Origin: the human T2T-CHM13v2.0 reference genome, Homo sapiens
NCBI RefSeq assembly: GCF_009914755.1
Contig: NC_060947.1
DNA length: 64,000 bases
Reading direction: 5' to 3' (one strand)
Every line of letters starts with the position of its first letter. The first letter of the stretch is position 1. The position numbers and the translations under genes were made by a program. The notes beneath the pieces were generated by a model. It was given only the letters and a program-made list of their open reading frames with translations. It was not told where the DNA came from and did not search any database. Of the stretch, positions 26,756 to 39,427 are shown one piece after another.

Positions 26756-27665
26756 TGTCTTATTTTTGGTTCTCCCAAAAGCAGATCTTAAGATGAGGAT
26801 GCAGATCCCATGTAACTCAAGTGAGGGAGTGGGAAAAGTAAGACAGGAAGAAGAGACCAAGTGAAAGATCCCTTTGAGCAACTGGGGCTCAAACTTCTAG
26901 GAACCCTCTGAGAAACTGTGTAGAATATATGGATTCGTTCACTAGGGCTGCCATAAGAAATAACCACAAACTTGACAGGTGAGAACAACAGAGATTTATT
27001 CTCTCCCAGTTCTTGAGGCCAGAAGTCTGAAATCAAGTTGTTGGCAGAGTTGGCTCTTTCATTCCAAGACTCCCTCCAGAAGCTTCTGGTGGTTGCCAGT
27101 ATCCCTTGGCATTCCTTGGCTTGTAGCTGCATCACTTCAGTCTTCACCACATAGCCTTCTTTTCTGTGTCTTCTCTCCTTCTCTTCTCTTGTAAAGACAC
27201 TTGGCATTCTATTTAAGGCCCACCCTAATCTAAGATGATCTAATCTCAAGATCCATAACTTAATTACAACTGCAAAGACCCTTTTACTAAATAAGTTTGC
27301 ATTTATGGGCTCCAGGTGGACATGTCTTTTGGGAGGCCATCATTAAATCCAGTACATTACCCATTAGAACTGACCTACTGAGGAAGCTCCTGGAGTATGT
27401 AGTCTACTGACTCTGATTCCCCCTTGCTTAACAGTTACCCCATGGAAATAAGAAATCCCCATTCCTCTGAGCTGTCCTTACTTGGGCTCCTTTGGTGCTA
27501 GTGAAATCCCTGAGATAGAGAAGAAGAGAGACACAGATGCTTGAGGTGGGAAGCAGTTGGAATCACAGTGCATGCACATGGGAACTAACAATAAGGTCCA
27601 CAGGGAACCATATTGGTGAGCTTGGGGAGGGGATGTGAACAGAGACACCAGTAGTGACTGTTACA
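26756..27665 (-). mobile_element. ERVL LTR16-like LTR split by MLT1B/C
   Basis: TGTCTTATTTTTGGTTCTCCCAAAAGCAGATC...; resumes after 27356. Confidence 0.7.
26928..27356 (-). mobile_element. MLT1B/C-like LTR nested in an LTR16-like LTR
   Basis: agggctgccataa...accacaaact...gaggccagaagtctgaaatcaag...ctgcaaagaccctt...ggaggccatcatt. Confidence 0.82.
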
Positions 27666-28714
27666 AGACATAACAAAATAAAGACACTGCATGGGATGAC
27701 TGCCAGGTGAATTGATGGGAATGGATAAAGACAATGTGGAAAGCCTGGGGCAAGGCTGGAGACAGCAGAAAGAGACTCAGACACTAGCACAGTGGCAGGA
27801 CTTGTGCAGACTCAAGTATGCAGTCATGAGTCACTCTGCAGCACAATGCCCACAGAAAGTGGTGAAATGTATACTTGAGGAAACAACCAGCTGCCCTGGA
27901 AAAGCCATTCAGAAGGCCCAGGTAGTGTCCACTAGTTGCTGCAGCCTCATTTTCCTTCAAGAATTTTTCAGGTGGGTCTCAAATTCAGAAGTTGGTTAAA
28001 TCCTTAGAGGTTGGAAGAGGATGTTTCCTGAACATCTGTCATTAGTGAAGACCCCAACCATTGAGCTGGGAACACAAAGACAGATCCCATTCCTGGGAAA
28101 GGACAGGGACTAGCAAAAGGCAGACAGGATATTACAATCCCAAACAGATAACCTTGGGTTTAGTATAGGGTTTTGGTGTGGGTAAGGGGAAAGGAAATAA
28201 GAAAACAACGAACCAAAAATAAATATGGGGTTCTGGGTAGGATTCCAATTCTGCTGGCTGATTCAAGTGCCTGGAGGAAGAGGAGTCAACACAATGACCC
28301 AGAGGCTTTGCGAGCTAATCTGGGCACCAGGTCTAATCGGCATCAAAGATAATTCAAGGAGGGGATGGCTGGGTCCCCTGAATGACAGAATGCCAAGACT
28401 CACTGGATTGAAGGACATATTTTCTGAAGCTGTCAGGGCCTTTGCAGACCTGGGCAGGCCTTTATCTGCTGGTGGATCTGACAGTTAGGGGAAACTAGAA
28501 AAGGAGGAGGAGGATGGTATTTAAAGCTACCCTGGGCCAGCGCTGTCCAGGCCAAATGAGATTACTTAATTTAACTGCTTAGTTATTTCAGTTTAAATTT
28601 TTTCCATATTGTACATAGAGAGTTATTATCCAATAATTCTTTCCATCTTTCAGTTCCAAATTTAAGGATCCTAAAAATGCCTTGTTTATATCAGAAATAT
28701 CTGATTTGTTGATG

Positions 28715-29120
28715 GAGATTATGCTAACTGTTGTAAGAAACAAATCTCAACATGTGTGCTACTCAAACATGGTAGATTATTTCTGGCTCACTTAACATCC
28801 TAAAACAGGTACTTCTGATTCATGAGAAGTTTCCCTCTAAGTGAATTCAGAGACACAGGCTGTATATTCTGCACCATTTTCGGCACAGGTCTTCCAAAGT
28901 CACTCATCTACACCAAGCTAGGATTAGGGGAAACAGCTGAAAGAGTCCCTGTCTTTAGGGACCAGGCCTGAAAGTGACACACATCACTTCCCTACTGGTC
29001 CACTGCCTGGAATTTAGTCACATGGCTTCAGCTAACTGCAAGAGAGCCTGAGAAATATAGTAGTGTGCCCAGAAAGAAGAGGAAATTAGGCCTATGAATA
29101 GCTAGTTAGTTTTCATCACT
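28715..29120 (-). mobile_element. Old MaLR LTR (MLT1J-like)
   Basis: ggcctgaaagtgacacacatcacttcc...ttagtcacatggc...taactgcaagagagcctgagaaatatag. Confidence 0.65.
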
Positions 29121-29164
29121 CCTGAATAATGAGCATGAGGCCACTACACTAACAAACAAGCAGG

Positions 29165-29891
29165 AGGGAGAATGGAACCCTGATTGGGTTTACCTGCAGG
29201 TAAGACTTGGGAGGGATGGCTTATCTCTACTCCACATGTGATTGGCTAGGTCACTCATGTGGGTGCATCACCTGATGGTACACTGGAAAGTTCAAGATGC
29301 CCTCACCCATGTGTCTGGATCCTTGTGCATGTCAGTCCTGCTCCACTTGGTCCCCTTTTTTAGCCTCTCTTTCCAAGTGGGTGGCCTGGACTTCTTTACA
29401 TAGTGAGTCAAAGTAGCAACTCATACCTATAATCCCAGCACTTTGGGAGGACCAGGTGGAAGGATTGCTTGAGCCCAGAGGTTCAAGACCAGCCTGGATA
29501 ACATAGTGAGACCCTGTATCTACAACAAATGATAATAATAATAATAATAACAATAATAATAAGCTAGATGTGGTGGTGCATGCATGCATGTAATTCCAGC
29601 TACTTGAGAGGAGGTTGAGGTGGGAGTATCATTTGAGCTCAGAAGGTCGAGGCTGCAGTGAGCTGTGATTGTGCCACTGCACTCCATCTTGGGTGACAGA
29701 ACAAGACCATGTCTCAGAAAAGGGGGGTGCAGCAAGGCAGTAACAGCAGAAGCTGCCAGGTCTCTTAAGGCCTAGGCTTAGAGGTAGCATGGTGTTACTT
29801 CCACTGCATTCTGGTGGCCAAAACAAGTCACAGGCCAGTCTGGATTCAAGGGGAGGGGACACAGACTCTCTCTTAATGAGAAGAATGTCAT
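29165..29891 (-). mobile_element. Old MLT1-like LTR hosting the AluJ and a younger MaLR
   Basis: ttcaagatgccctcacccatgtgtctgg...ttacttccactgcattctggtggccaaaacaagtcacaggccagtctggattcaaggggagggg. Confidence 0.65.
29419..29721 (+). mobile_element. AluJ-like element, slightly 5'-truncated, with an (AAT)n linker expansion
   Basis: Dimeric Alu with J-type diagnostics (ggattgcttgagccc; ggtcgaggctgcagtgagc). (AAT)n at ~29528-29562. Confidence 0.9.
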
Positions 29892-30247
29892 TGTCTAAGT
29901 ATGTTCAGGCTGCTATAACAAAATATCATAAACTGAGTGGCTTATAAACAACAGACATTATTTCTCACAGTTCTGGAGGTTGGGAAGTCCAAGATCAAAG
30001 TTCAGGCAGATTCATCATCTGGTGAGGGCCCATACCTCATAGATGGTGCCTTACTGCTGCATCCTTGTATGATTGAAGGGGAGAATGAACGCCCTGGGGC
30101 CTCTTATGAGCACACTAATCCTATTCATAAGGGCTCCAACCTCATGACCTAATCACCTACCAAAGGCCCTACCTCTTAATACCATCACCCTGGGGATTAG
30201 GTTTCAATGTGTTACTTTTGGAAGACATAAACATTCAGATCACAGCA
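29892..30247 (-). mobile_element. MaLR solo LTR (MLT1A0/MSTD-like)
   Basis: TGTCTAAGT...ggctgctataacaaaata...aaacattcagatcacagCA. Perfect 5-bp TSD GTCAT at 29887-29891 and 30248-30252. Confidence 0.88.
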
Positions 30248-31808
30248 GTCATTTGTATACAGGATGGGAGGAATTGTTGGCAGGAATATTCATAGGCACA
30301 AGCAGCAGGCAACAGGAGGGCATCCAGGCCTGCAGGCCTCAGAAAGTACAGCAGTGAATGACAGGCGATGTCTTCATATTTGGGAGAAAAGGTGACAAGG
30401 ATGGCTGTCCGCAAGTGATGTTGGCACAGCCATGGGGACTGGCATTGCACATATTACTTCATTCTCTACAAGGCCTGGTGGGGGAGGGGTCAGATTGGAG
30501 GTTTCAAGATTAAGAGCCCCCGTGCATGTGTTCATTCATGCCCCACAAGAAGACTATTACAATAATGTACTTTATTATTATAGTGCATTTATTTTTTTTG
30601 TGTTGCTCTCTTTGCTTTTTAAGGTCCTTGAAAGTTGAGATGGTGTCATATTCACTGATATGTCCCTAGCATCTAGTTTAGTCTGTGACATAGTAGATCT
30701 TTAACAAATGTTTGTTGAACACTGTATAGGCAAGGCCTGCAGTGTTCAGCATGTTCTTGGCAGGGCTTCCCCTCCATTGGCCTTGACAAGGCCCAAAGTA
30801 GACCTGAAGAGGGGCTCCCAGAGTTCTGTGGGCTCCTGGAATTCTTACCCCTTGCCCTTCTATCACAAATCCATATGGGTCCCAAGAACGGACCCACAAT
30901 TGCAACTACTGATCATCTACTCCCTCCCAAGAGACCATGTGGGCTTGTCCCATCATGCCTCACATCCTGATTTATCTTGGCCACTACCAACTGTCCTATC
31001 CCTTCAGGTTTCTCTAAGACCCCTCTTCTCAAATGGTCTGAATGTTCCCCAAGCTGACTTGGGCTCCCAATTCCAACCCGCCCCTCCCCCCCACCCCTCC
31101 CCCAGCCACCTGGACACTTCAACTCTGCCCTCTGGAACATGTGATCTTTATCCACATAATAACTTTTATATTTTCAAACTCTTCACTAAACTTAAAGGAA
31201 AATAAAATAAAGATCAAACATTGAGCTCTTCGTGAAGAAGTTTCATTGCTAAGGGGTAACGGGATCCAGCATGGAGTCTAGGCTGTGGGAGATGAGGTAC
31301 AAGGAAAGAGAAATAGGGCAGGTCTTTTAAAGCCAAAAGACTGAGTGTTTCCATCCCATATTAGAAAAGCAAAATCTCTTAGGCTGGTGATGGCTGGGCT
31401 CGTTAGACAGATGAGCCCAGGGGAGGAGGGATAGTTTACTGTGCATGCAGGGTGACCGTCTGGGAATCATGCTGTCTGACTGCTTCTGTAGCATATGCCA
31501 TAAGTCTGGGCTAGGGTTACAGAATCTTATCAGGGCACCATTGGTATCATCAGGCTAGGTGGTCGGGTCAGGGATTGGCAGACTGTTCCTTTCACTTTTT
31601 GCCTACCTGAATTCTGTCTGAATCCTGGAGACATTACCTCCCATTCAGCCCTTAGAAGAAGTGGTATTTTCTTACCACCCTGTCACACCCAAACCCCATG
31701 AATCCTGGGCTTGGAGAAGGGATGAAGATTTTCCTTGCAGATTATTTTGTCCCTCCTTTATCCCTAAAGCACCCAGATCCCTGGAAGCAATTCTTACAGA
31801 CCACATTC

Positions 31809-32213
31809 TGTTATATGGTTTGGAGGCTGAAATGTGACCTCCAATGTCACATTGGAGGTGGACCTAGTGGGAGTTGTTTGAGTCATGAGGGTGGATCTTT
31901 CATGAATGATTTGGTGCTGTCATCACGATAATGAGTGAGTTTTCTCTGTGTGAGTTCATGTGAGATCTGATTGTTTAAAAGAGCCTGGCACCTCACCTTT
32001 TCTCTCTCTGTCTAGCTTCCCCTCACCATGTGATATGCTGGCTCTCCATCACCTTCTGACATGATTGTAATCTCCCTGAAGCCTCACCAGAAGCCAAGAT
32101 GCTGGCACCATGCTTATACAGCCTGCAGAACCATGAGCCAAATACATCTCTTTTCTCTATAAATTATCCAGTATCAGGTATTCCTTTATGGCAACACAAA
32201 ATGGACCAATACA
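31809..32213 (+). mobile_element. MaLR solo LTR (MSTA/MSTB-like)
   Basis: TGTTATATGGTTTGG...cagcctgcagaaccatgagccaaat...aaattatccagtatcaggtattcc...ggaccaatACA. Confidence 0.88.
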
Positions 32214-32234
32214 CTCCCCATATCCTCTCTCTGC

Positions 32235-32659
32235 TAGCTCAGGTCATCTGAAAAGTTGACACTAAGACAAGATTAGACATGCAAGAGATTTACTAGAGAA
32301 ACTACCTGTTGGGGGGAAAAATGGAGAGGGAGCTGGAGGAAGCAGAGAGAGCCTTCACACATGATGCAGGTCTAATTCTGTAGAAGGAAGGGTAACTGGG
32401 AAAGTCTGACTTCAGTGCATGTCTAAGAAAGTTTTGGCAAAACTAATGAGGAGTCCTTGGGCCAAAGGGGCAGATCAGAGGAATCCTGCATCTCCCATTG
32501 AGGCGCCTGCCCTAGTGTCCCTGCTGTGCTCACTCATGGCTGAGAGCAGCTGGTGGAGGGTGTGGCTTCAATGTGATAATGGATTTCAGAGTGCAGCCAC
32601 AGGTCAGTTACACTCCTGCCAGTAAGAGGTCTGAGAAGGGCATTCTTGTGGCTGCCACA
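32235..32659 (-). mobile_element. ERVL LTR16-like LTR
   Basis: gacactaagacaagattagacatgcaagagatttact...ggctgccaCA. Confidence 0.6.
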
Positions 32660-32699
32660 ATCTCCCTATTGCAATCATCTTCTATCAGACACACACCAT

Positions 32700-33845
32700 C
32701 ACTGCTTTTCACTGAAGATTTTATCACCAGGAACACTATCTTTCTCTCCACCACTACAAATTTCTTAACTCTTTGTCATTTCAACAAACACCTAGAGAGA
32801 CCTTCCAACATTGTGACCTCTCATTGCCTTGACATCCTCACTTTCTGTGGTCTTTATCATCTCCATCTCAGCTACCTATTGCCAAGGTGGCATTAACAAA
32901 ACTGCTCCATTCCCAAGCCTTAGTTTCCAGCTTCCCATATTCCCACCTCATATCATCCCAGCTCTCTTTCTCTAGTGTTCTGAAGCCAATCAATCTTGGG
33001 CCCCTTTAGGTCCCCAGTCCCGCCATTGCACCAACTTTTCACTGCATCTTACCTCCTTTACTCTCTCCTTATTCTCCTATTTCACCTTAGAGTCCACAGC
33101 CCATTCCCATAACCACTTCTTGCACATATTGTCAATTCCTTGTACATTCTCTCAACTCCATTATTTTGCTTGCCCTTGTTAAGCAAGCTGGTGAAAAACA
33201 CTCAACCATTTCTGACCGGTCTCACTTGAAATTTATGATGGCAGACCTCTAGTGGGACCTCAGTGCAGCCAAGCAATCTTATCGCATTTCCCCAGTCAAT
33301 TCTCTCTCCTCATTCTCTGAGATGACTATTTCATACTTTTTCACCTTTACTCTAACCTCCAACAATTCCTCCCCCTTCCTTCTTCTCAGCTGATGACCTT
33401 CTTCCTTACTTCCCTAAGATGGAAGCAGAGAACTTGCTTCCTTTCCACCACACCATCTGCCTACCTACCCAAATCTATACTCACAAACTCTGCTTTTCCT
33501 CCTAATAAAATGGATGAACTTTGTGTTATTATATGCCAGGTTAGCCCCACTAGGTGTGAACTGGATCCCATCCTCTATTGCTTATTCAAGGCCTGGGTCT
33601 TGCAGTTATCTCTTCTCTCTCCTGCTTCTTCCGTTTTTCTCTCTTCACTGGATCATTTCCATCAGCATAAAAACATGCTGTAATACCTGCCATTAAAAAA
33701 TACTTTAGAAACCTCCCTGGTGCACACATCTCTCCAGCCACCATCCATTCTCCTCCCCATCTTTATAGTAAAACTGCTTTTGTCTAAACCTGCCATCTCT
33801 ACTTCCTCTCCTCCCATGACCCTTGAACCCCCTCCAATCAGGTGT
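32700..33845 (-). mobile_element. L2 LINE fragment (largest of many in the window)
   Basis: Pyrimidine-rich L2 motifs (ctcagctgatgaccttcttccttacttc; ctggatcccatcctct...ttcaagg; ctggatcatttccatcagcataaaaacatgctg). Confidence 0.7.
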
Positions 33846-34419
33846 CAGGAAATGAGAACCATTTCTCCAGCCCCCTTGTTGATCTGCAGTAAAAATTTCA
33901 TAGTGTCAGGCTGCTTCCCTTTCTCCAGTGTTCTTCTGAGTAGATCATCCCGATTTCAGGAGACTCTTTCTGAGTAGAGAATCCGCAGGCTCTAGCATCT
34001 ACTTGGTTTGGGGCTAGGTTGACCCAGGCACTTCTTTTCTCAAGACCTTTATAATAGGGCACCCAGAGTGTGTACTGATGATGGACTTGATGGAGACCCA
34101 CTTAGCTTCACCAAGTTCACTCATTCTGAGTCCCCATCTTACCCTGGACATTCCCGTGCTCTGTGTCTGAAACCTCACCCTCCACTCCAGCAATGCAAAA
34201 AAAAAAAAAAAAAAAATGTCCTGCTGAAGTTTCTCTGCTCTGAGTTCTCTTCTTTGTTCTAAGTTCTAAGACTTGGGCACCACCCTGAGCCCACAAACGA
34301 ACACTTGTTCAGACAGCACCTGGCACAAGTTTTACACAGGCTGCCTTCACTTCTCTTTTAAAAAACACAAGGGCTCCCTTTTGGGGATTGTCTTCCCAGC
34401 TGTAGGAACTGGAAAGACA

Positions 34420-34497
34420 AGTACATAAGAAATAGCAAATCAATTAGTACATAAGAAATAGCAAATCAATTAGTACATAAGAAATAGCAAATCAATT
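34420..34497. repeat. Perfect 3 x 26-bp tandem repeat
   Basis: AGTACATAAGAAATAGCAAATCAATT three times, no mismatches. Confidence 0.97.
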
Positions 34498-34612
34498 AAT
34501 TTAACAAATACTTGTTAATTAACTGCTCTGTGTTAAGTGCATATTTATATTCGTGATCAAAAGAAGCAAATTCATATCCATATGGATCTTACACTCTAAT
34601 GCTACCTATCAT

Positions 34613-34669
34613 CTGTTATCTATATATCTATGGAAGCCTACCTGTTATCTATATATCTATGGAAGCCTA
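34613..34669. repeat. 2-copy tandem duplication, period 29
   Basis: CTGTTATCTATATATCTATGGAAGCCTA at 34613-34640 and 34642-34669, identical. Confidence 0.96.
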
Positions 34670-35031
34670 TATTATAATTTCCTCAAAAAAATCTCAAGCT
34701 AAGTGAAGGAAAACATGTCCTATGGCCATGCCCCTTCCCCTTACACCTCAAACCAGCCTTCACATCTATATACCTATTGTCACCCCTCTGTAGAAATGGC
34801 CTATTCATTGATGAGCACAAATGGGTCATGATTGCCAGTTCTATACCTTCTTGCATGTGATACTCAACAGGCATCTTATAAGACATAGAGCCATTACCAT
34901 TAGCTTCACATCACCATTAAGGAATTTCTGGTTCAGAGACGTTAAGAAACTTTCATGAGGTTTATCAGCTATTTAGTGGTTGAGCTGGAGCTTGAAGTTC
35001 AGACTTCTACACTCAGATTGGACAGTGTTAT

Positions 35032-35146
35032 AGGCCATATCGGTCATAAAGATTACGAGGTACCTAGAAAAAAATAATGTAAGTGTGCAAGGCCATATCG
35101 GTCATAAAGATTACCAGGTACCTAGAAAAATATAATGTAAGTGTGC
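35032..35146. repeat. 2-copy tandem duplication, period 58
   Basis: AGGCCATATCGGTCATAAAGATTAC(G/C)AGGTACCTAGAAAAA(A/T)ATAATGTAAGTGTGC starting at 35032 and 35090, with 2 mismatches. Confidence 0.96.
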
Positions 35147-36624
35147 CAGGTTTGTTTCTGTAGTTATATTGCTTGCATAGAGGTATTTTGTTAGCCTTGT
35201 GGTGGCCACAGGGAGTATTACAGTCCTCATCTGTCTGTGTTTATTCATCTTGAACTCAAAATGGGGCCTGAGTAATCATGACCTCACCCAATTTACATTT
35301 ATCCCTAGTAGCAGGAGACAGGATTCACAATAATGTTCTTTAGTTCTTTCTTAAGTAGTCACCCATATTACATATTTCCAATTTATAATCACACATATAA
35401 TAACATAGTTTTGTTATTCAAGAGTGAGACTGTGATAGTATTTACTGAGAGACTCTTGACAATTGTTTTTCTAAGCATTGCACAGAGTATATAGTTCATA
35501 CTTTGTTTTTAATCATGCTTGGCTCAGATATGAAATTATGAAGTATATATAATGTGTATTACCAATATGTAGCCCCTACATAAGTCTGTTCTTCAATAGA
35601 TAAGTATCTTTATTCTTCACAAACTCCCAACACTTGATAAAGAAACAGTAAGTGGAAACATGTAACCTCTAGGGGGAGCTCAAGGCTTCTCTCTCCTCCC
35701 TCTGCTCTGGGGAGGAGGAGGACTGGTAGAAATGGGTCAAGGTCAAGGATATTATTGGGCCCAGGAGTGGGTAGGTGATCTTTGACTGTGCCTAGCCAGG
35801 AGGTTAAAGGGTTTTGTATATGCATAATGGTTTTTGTTTTGTTTTGTTTTGTTTTTTTATCTTCCCTCGGAAAGCAACCTTTTGAGAATTCTCCCCTATG
35901 GCTGATGTCATAGGAGTGGCCCTTCCCACATTGAAGGAACCCTGGCAGGAACTGGATGGGGCAGAGAAAAAGATGATGCATGGACATACTTCAGTCTGGG
36001 CCTTAGGCCAGAGGAGCAATGGAATCCTGTGGCTTGCCATGATTCACCTTTGCTCACTAGATCCAGGGGTTCCTCACAGGGGTGCATGGGGGATTGAGGT
36101 CAAAGTCATATGTCATTAAGCAGAGGAACTTTGCTGGAAAGTCTCTCTGTTGAGCTTTTAGAGGAGCCTAGTAGGGCTGTCAGTGGCCACAGTGGGTTAA
36201 TGTGTGTGGACTTGGGGATCAGGAGGCCTGACTTGTTCCCTAATTAGTAATACAAGTAACATAAACAAGCACAGCAATCCAATTATGGCATAGAAAATGT
36301 GTCCTAAGAAAATATGTATACTATAAACATAAATACAATACTATGTGTTTATGCAAATGAGTTATAAAATATAATATATTAAGGAAAGTTTCAAGTAAAG
36401 CATTACTGAACAAAGCTGAACTGTGGTTTATTCAACAGAATGAATGCACATGGAATAGAATCATGTTGAGAGCCTTGGCGTGGAGCTTCAGGGGCTGAGG
36501 CTCAAGATGTCTCATTGAATGGACTCTGCCAGTTCAGTGGATCTTCAGAAAAGAAGTTCATTTAGTGGGAAGAGTAGCCTCCCCAGGGAAAAGGAACAGA
36601 AATCCTTTAGCTTCTCTGGGCTCC

Positions 36625-37098
36625 TGTCTTAGTTTGAATTCCCTCAAAACAGATGCTGAGATGAAGATTGGGTATAGGTCATTTATTTGCAAGGTGGTCT
36701 CAAGAACTGCAAGTAAGGGAACAAGGAGAGTGATAGAGGGGAGGAAAGGTAATAAATGTGTGTTAATGAGCTGGTTATGCTGAAGGCAATTAACATTCAA
36801 TGCTGTGTGGAGCCAGGTGAAACAACATGTGGATCACACCTCTGAGTCAGCTTCCCTGGAGGATGGGAAGGCTGGGGCATTTGCGCACCAACTCCTATTC
36901 CCCATTCATTCAAGATTTCCCCTTGGGCATCAGCTTACCCACATTTCTGGGTTGTGCTCATGATTCTGGAGAGTGATGTCAGAAGTGAAGGGCAAACTCT
37001 TGAAGTGGAAAGCTGTCTGCATGCCAAAGTTTGTCCGAGACTTCTAGGAAATCAAGTGTGCTAAGGGAACATAGGAAAGGGTATCAACAACATTCTCA
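36625..37098 (-). mobile_element. ERVL LTR16-like LTR
   Basis: TGTCTTAGTTTGAATTCCCTCAAAACAGATGCTGAGATGAAGATT...ggctggggcatttgcgcaccaactcc. Confidence 0.72.
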
Positions 37099-37316
37099 TA
37101 TCAAAATTGAGACTGGTCTGGATGACCTCCAAGGCTGCTCCCAGCTTATGTGTCCAATAATTCTCTGCTGTATGGAGTTGCCTGCACCATGGGTTTTCTA
37201 TCCTTGGTGGTGGTGAGTGCCCTTCTCTAGAAGTAAGTAAGCAGATGCTTGATAACCACATGGAAGGAATGTTGTAGCATCCAATACGTGATTGAAATAA
37301 GAAACTTTCAACACGC

Positions 37317-37630
37317 TGTCTTAGATTGAGTTCCTAGAAAACAGACCTGTGATGAAGATTCAGGTTTGAGTGATTTAGTAATGAAATGCTTCCCAAGGAG
37401 GACAGTAAGGAAGTGCGAGAAGCAGGATAGAGAAGGGAAGGAAGCCAAAAAAGGGTTTTATGTCAAGGAAAGTCCCAGCCTCAGCCTGATCCCACAGGGA
37501 AGCGCTGGTGTGCAAATCACCTCATATTCTGTGGTGACCCCAGGCAAGGGAGAGGGTTTTTCATTCTCCCTTACCCTTCAGTCATTGCCCTCAGGGGAAT
37601 GTAAACTTAGGGAGGTATGGCACAGCCACA
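37317..37630 (-). mobile_element. ERVL LTR16-like LTR fragment
   Basis: TGTCTTAGATTGAGTTCCTAGAAAACAGACCTGTGATGAAGATT...agggaaggaagccaa. Confidence 0.7.
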
Positions 37631-38542
37631 CTTGTATGAATGTTGGCTCTGTTCTGATACAGATTTACAAGACTTGGTGGATGAGACCTTGGCCCTCAGG
37701 CTCCAAAAATCCTGTCTTTGGCCCATTCTAATGCAGCTGACAGCTGACATGCAGGAGACTTAGTATTTCAGAGCTCTAACTTCCAGAATCCATAGTGCTG
37801 AAGAGGGCAATTCAGGGAATTTTTTTATAGGATAGAAATTCAAGCTTTCAAGGTACAGAATGACCCCAAACCCTCATGCAAACTGTGTGTAATCTTTTCA
37901 AACTGAAGTAGATTTGGGACTAAAGACAGTAGAAATATTTCTGAAATGAAGGGATAAATCTACCCATGCAGAGATGCAGCACAATGCTATCATAAAAAAT
38001 CCACTTTTGTCCATGCCACAGCCCTGAACCTCTCGTGCACCAGATCAGAGACCCTGATAAATCTGGGCTGCTAGAAATGCCAACCAGCTCATATGTTTTC
38101 AGTGAGCAATGACAGGGAGCCAAATTGCTTTATTCCGATTAGGGAAGGGCCTCTGACTGTAAAATATACTGTGTGAAAAAAAATATTGAGTTTTAGTTTG
38201 CTGACACATCAATTTAAGAGAGTTATGGCTCTCTCATGGAGGCCAAGCAGGTATCTCTCCACACGTATGTGCAATAAAAATTAACTGTGGCCTTTTATAC
38301 AGGGCACTGTTCTCACTTGTGGGATCAGAGGGTGACCTGAGTGTCACTTCCAGTGGCAAGCCACAACACTGGAGGTGTTGGTTCTTTTCTGAAAAGACCC
38401 ACAGAGGGAAACCAACACCAAAAGCCATAAACGAGCTCCATGTTTAACTTTTTGATTCTACAAAGAGATATGCAGTCATGTTTTGTTTGTATATTTCCAA
38501 GAATATGTACATATATATGTATGTTTTATGGGTACAATGTAT

Positions 38543-39052
38543 GTGCATCAATCAGGATCCAGACAGGAAAAGAAAAACTTCTCCAAGTCTTTCAAGTTAA
38601 TTCAGGGAATTGGTTACACACAAACTGGAAGGGAGAAAAAGTCAAACAGAGAATGATGAGGCAATCCAGAGATTAGCAACAGTGGGAAGCTGCTACCACC
38701 TTAAAGTCTCAAGGGATACAGGGATGGCTTTATGGAATTCAGGGGCTGGAGCCATCTAGGGTGAGCTTAAACCATGGTGAGAGCTCCCCAGAGAGCTGTG
38801 GCCACAGAAGGAGAGGTTGTCTTGTGGGATCTGGAATGTCTCTACTGCCAGAGATGCCTTAGGAAACTGAGAGTGAGGGAGGTGAAATGTTCTGACTTCT
38901 CTCTTCCCCCTGCTCTCCAATCTTCTACCAGTGCCTCTCATTGGCCAAACTGAGCTGGAAGCTGAAGGGCAAGGGAGTCTGGGATACGTAATTATCTGCC
39001 ATAAAAGGCACAGCAGCGATGGATCTAAGAGCAGAGGGACAGTTGACAGACA
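38543..39052. mobile_element. Old ERVL-type LTR (LTR33/LTR41 group)
   Basis: tgcatcaatcaggatccagacaggaa...cagggaattggttaca...cctctcattggccaaactgagctggaagc...ggcaagggagtctggga. Confidence 0.55.
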
Positions 39053-39075
39053 TGTTATATAGGTAAATCTCTCTT

Positions 39076-39427
39076 TGTTGGTTTGTGTCCTAATTTGACA
39101 AGTCTGTAAGACTCAGTGTGATCGTATTAATAGGTAATGCTTTTAAGAGGTAATTAGGTCATGAAGATGGAGCCCTCATAAATAGGATTAGTGCCCTATT
39201 TACAAGAAAGAGACCAGAAACCTATCTCATTCTTTTTCCACCAAGTGAGAATACAAGGAGAAGTCAGCTGGCTGTCTTCAGCTCAGAAGCAGGGCTTCCC
39301 CATAACAAGACCATGCCAGCACCCAGATCTTGAACTTCTAAGCCTCCAGAACTGTGATAAATAAATTTCTGTTGTTTATAAGCCGCCTAGTCTATGGTAC
39401 TTTGCTATAGCAGCCCTAACTAAGACA
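39076..39427 (+). mobile_element. MaLR solo LTR (MLT1A-like)
   Basis: attaggtcatgaagatggagccctcat...gcctccagaactgtgataaataaatttctgttgtttataagcc...aactaagACA. Confidence 0.82.

Noticed and set aside
30708-31205. 165-aa ORF, the longest outside the young repeats
   Set aside because: No recognisable domain, low-complexity Pro/Leu content, starts in an L2 tail and has no convincing exon context.
34420-35150. CRISPR-like array suggested by 26-58 bp repeats
   Set aside because: The units are directly adjacent with no unique spacers, the three repeats are unrelated, there are no cas genes and the DNA is primate.
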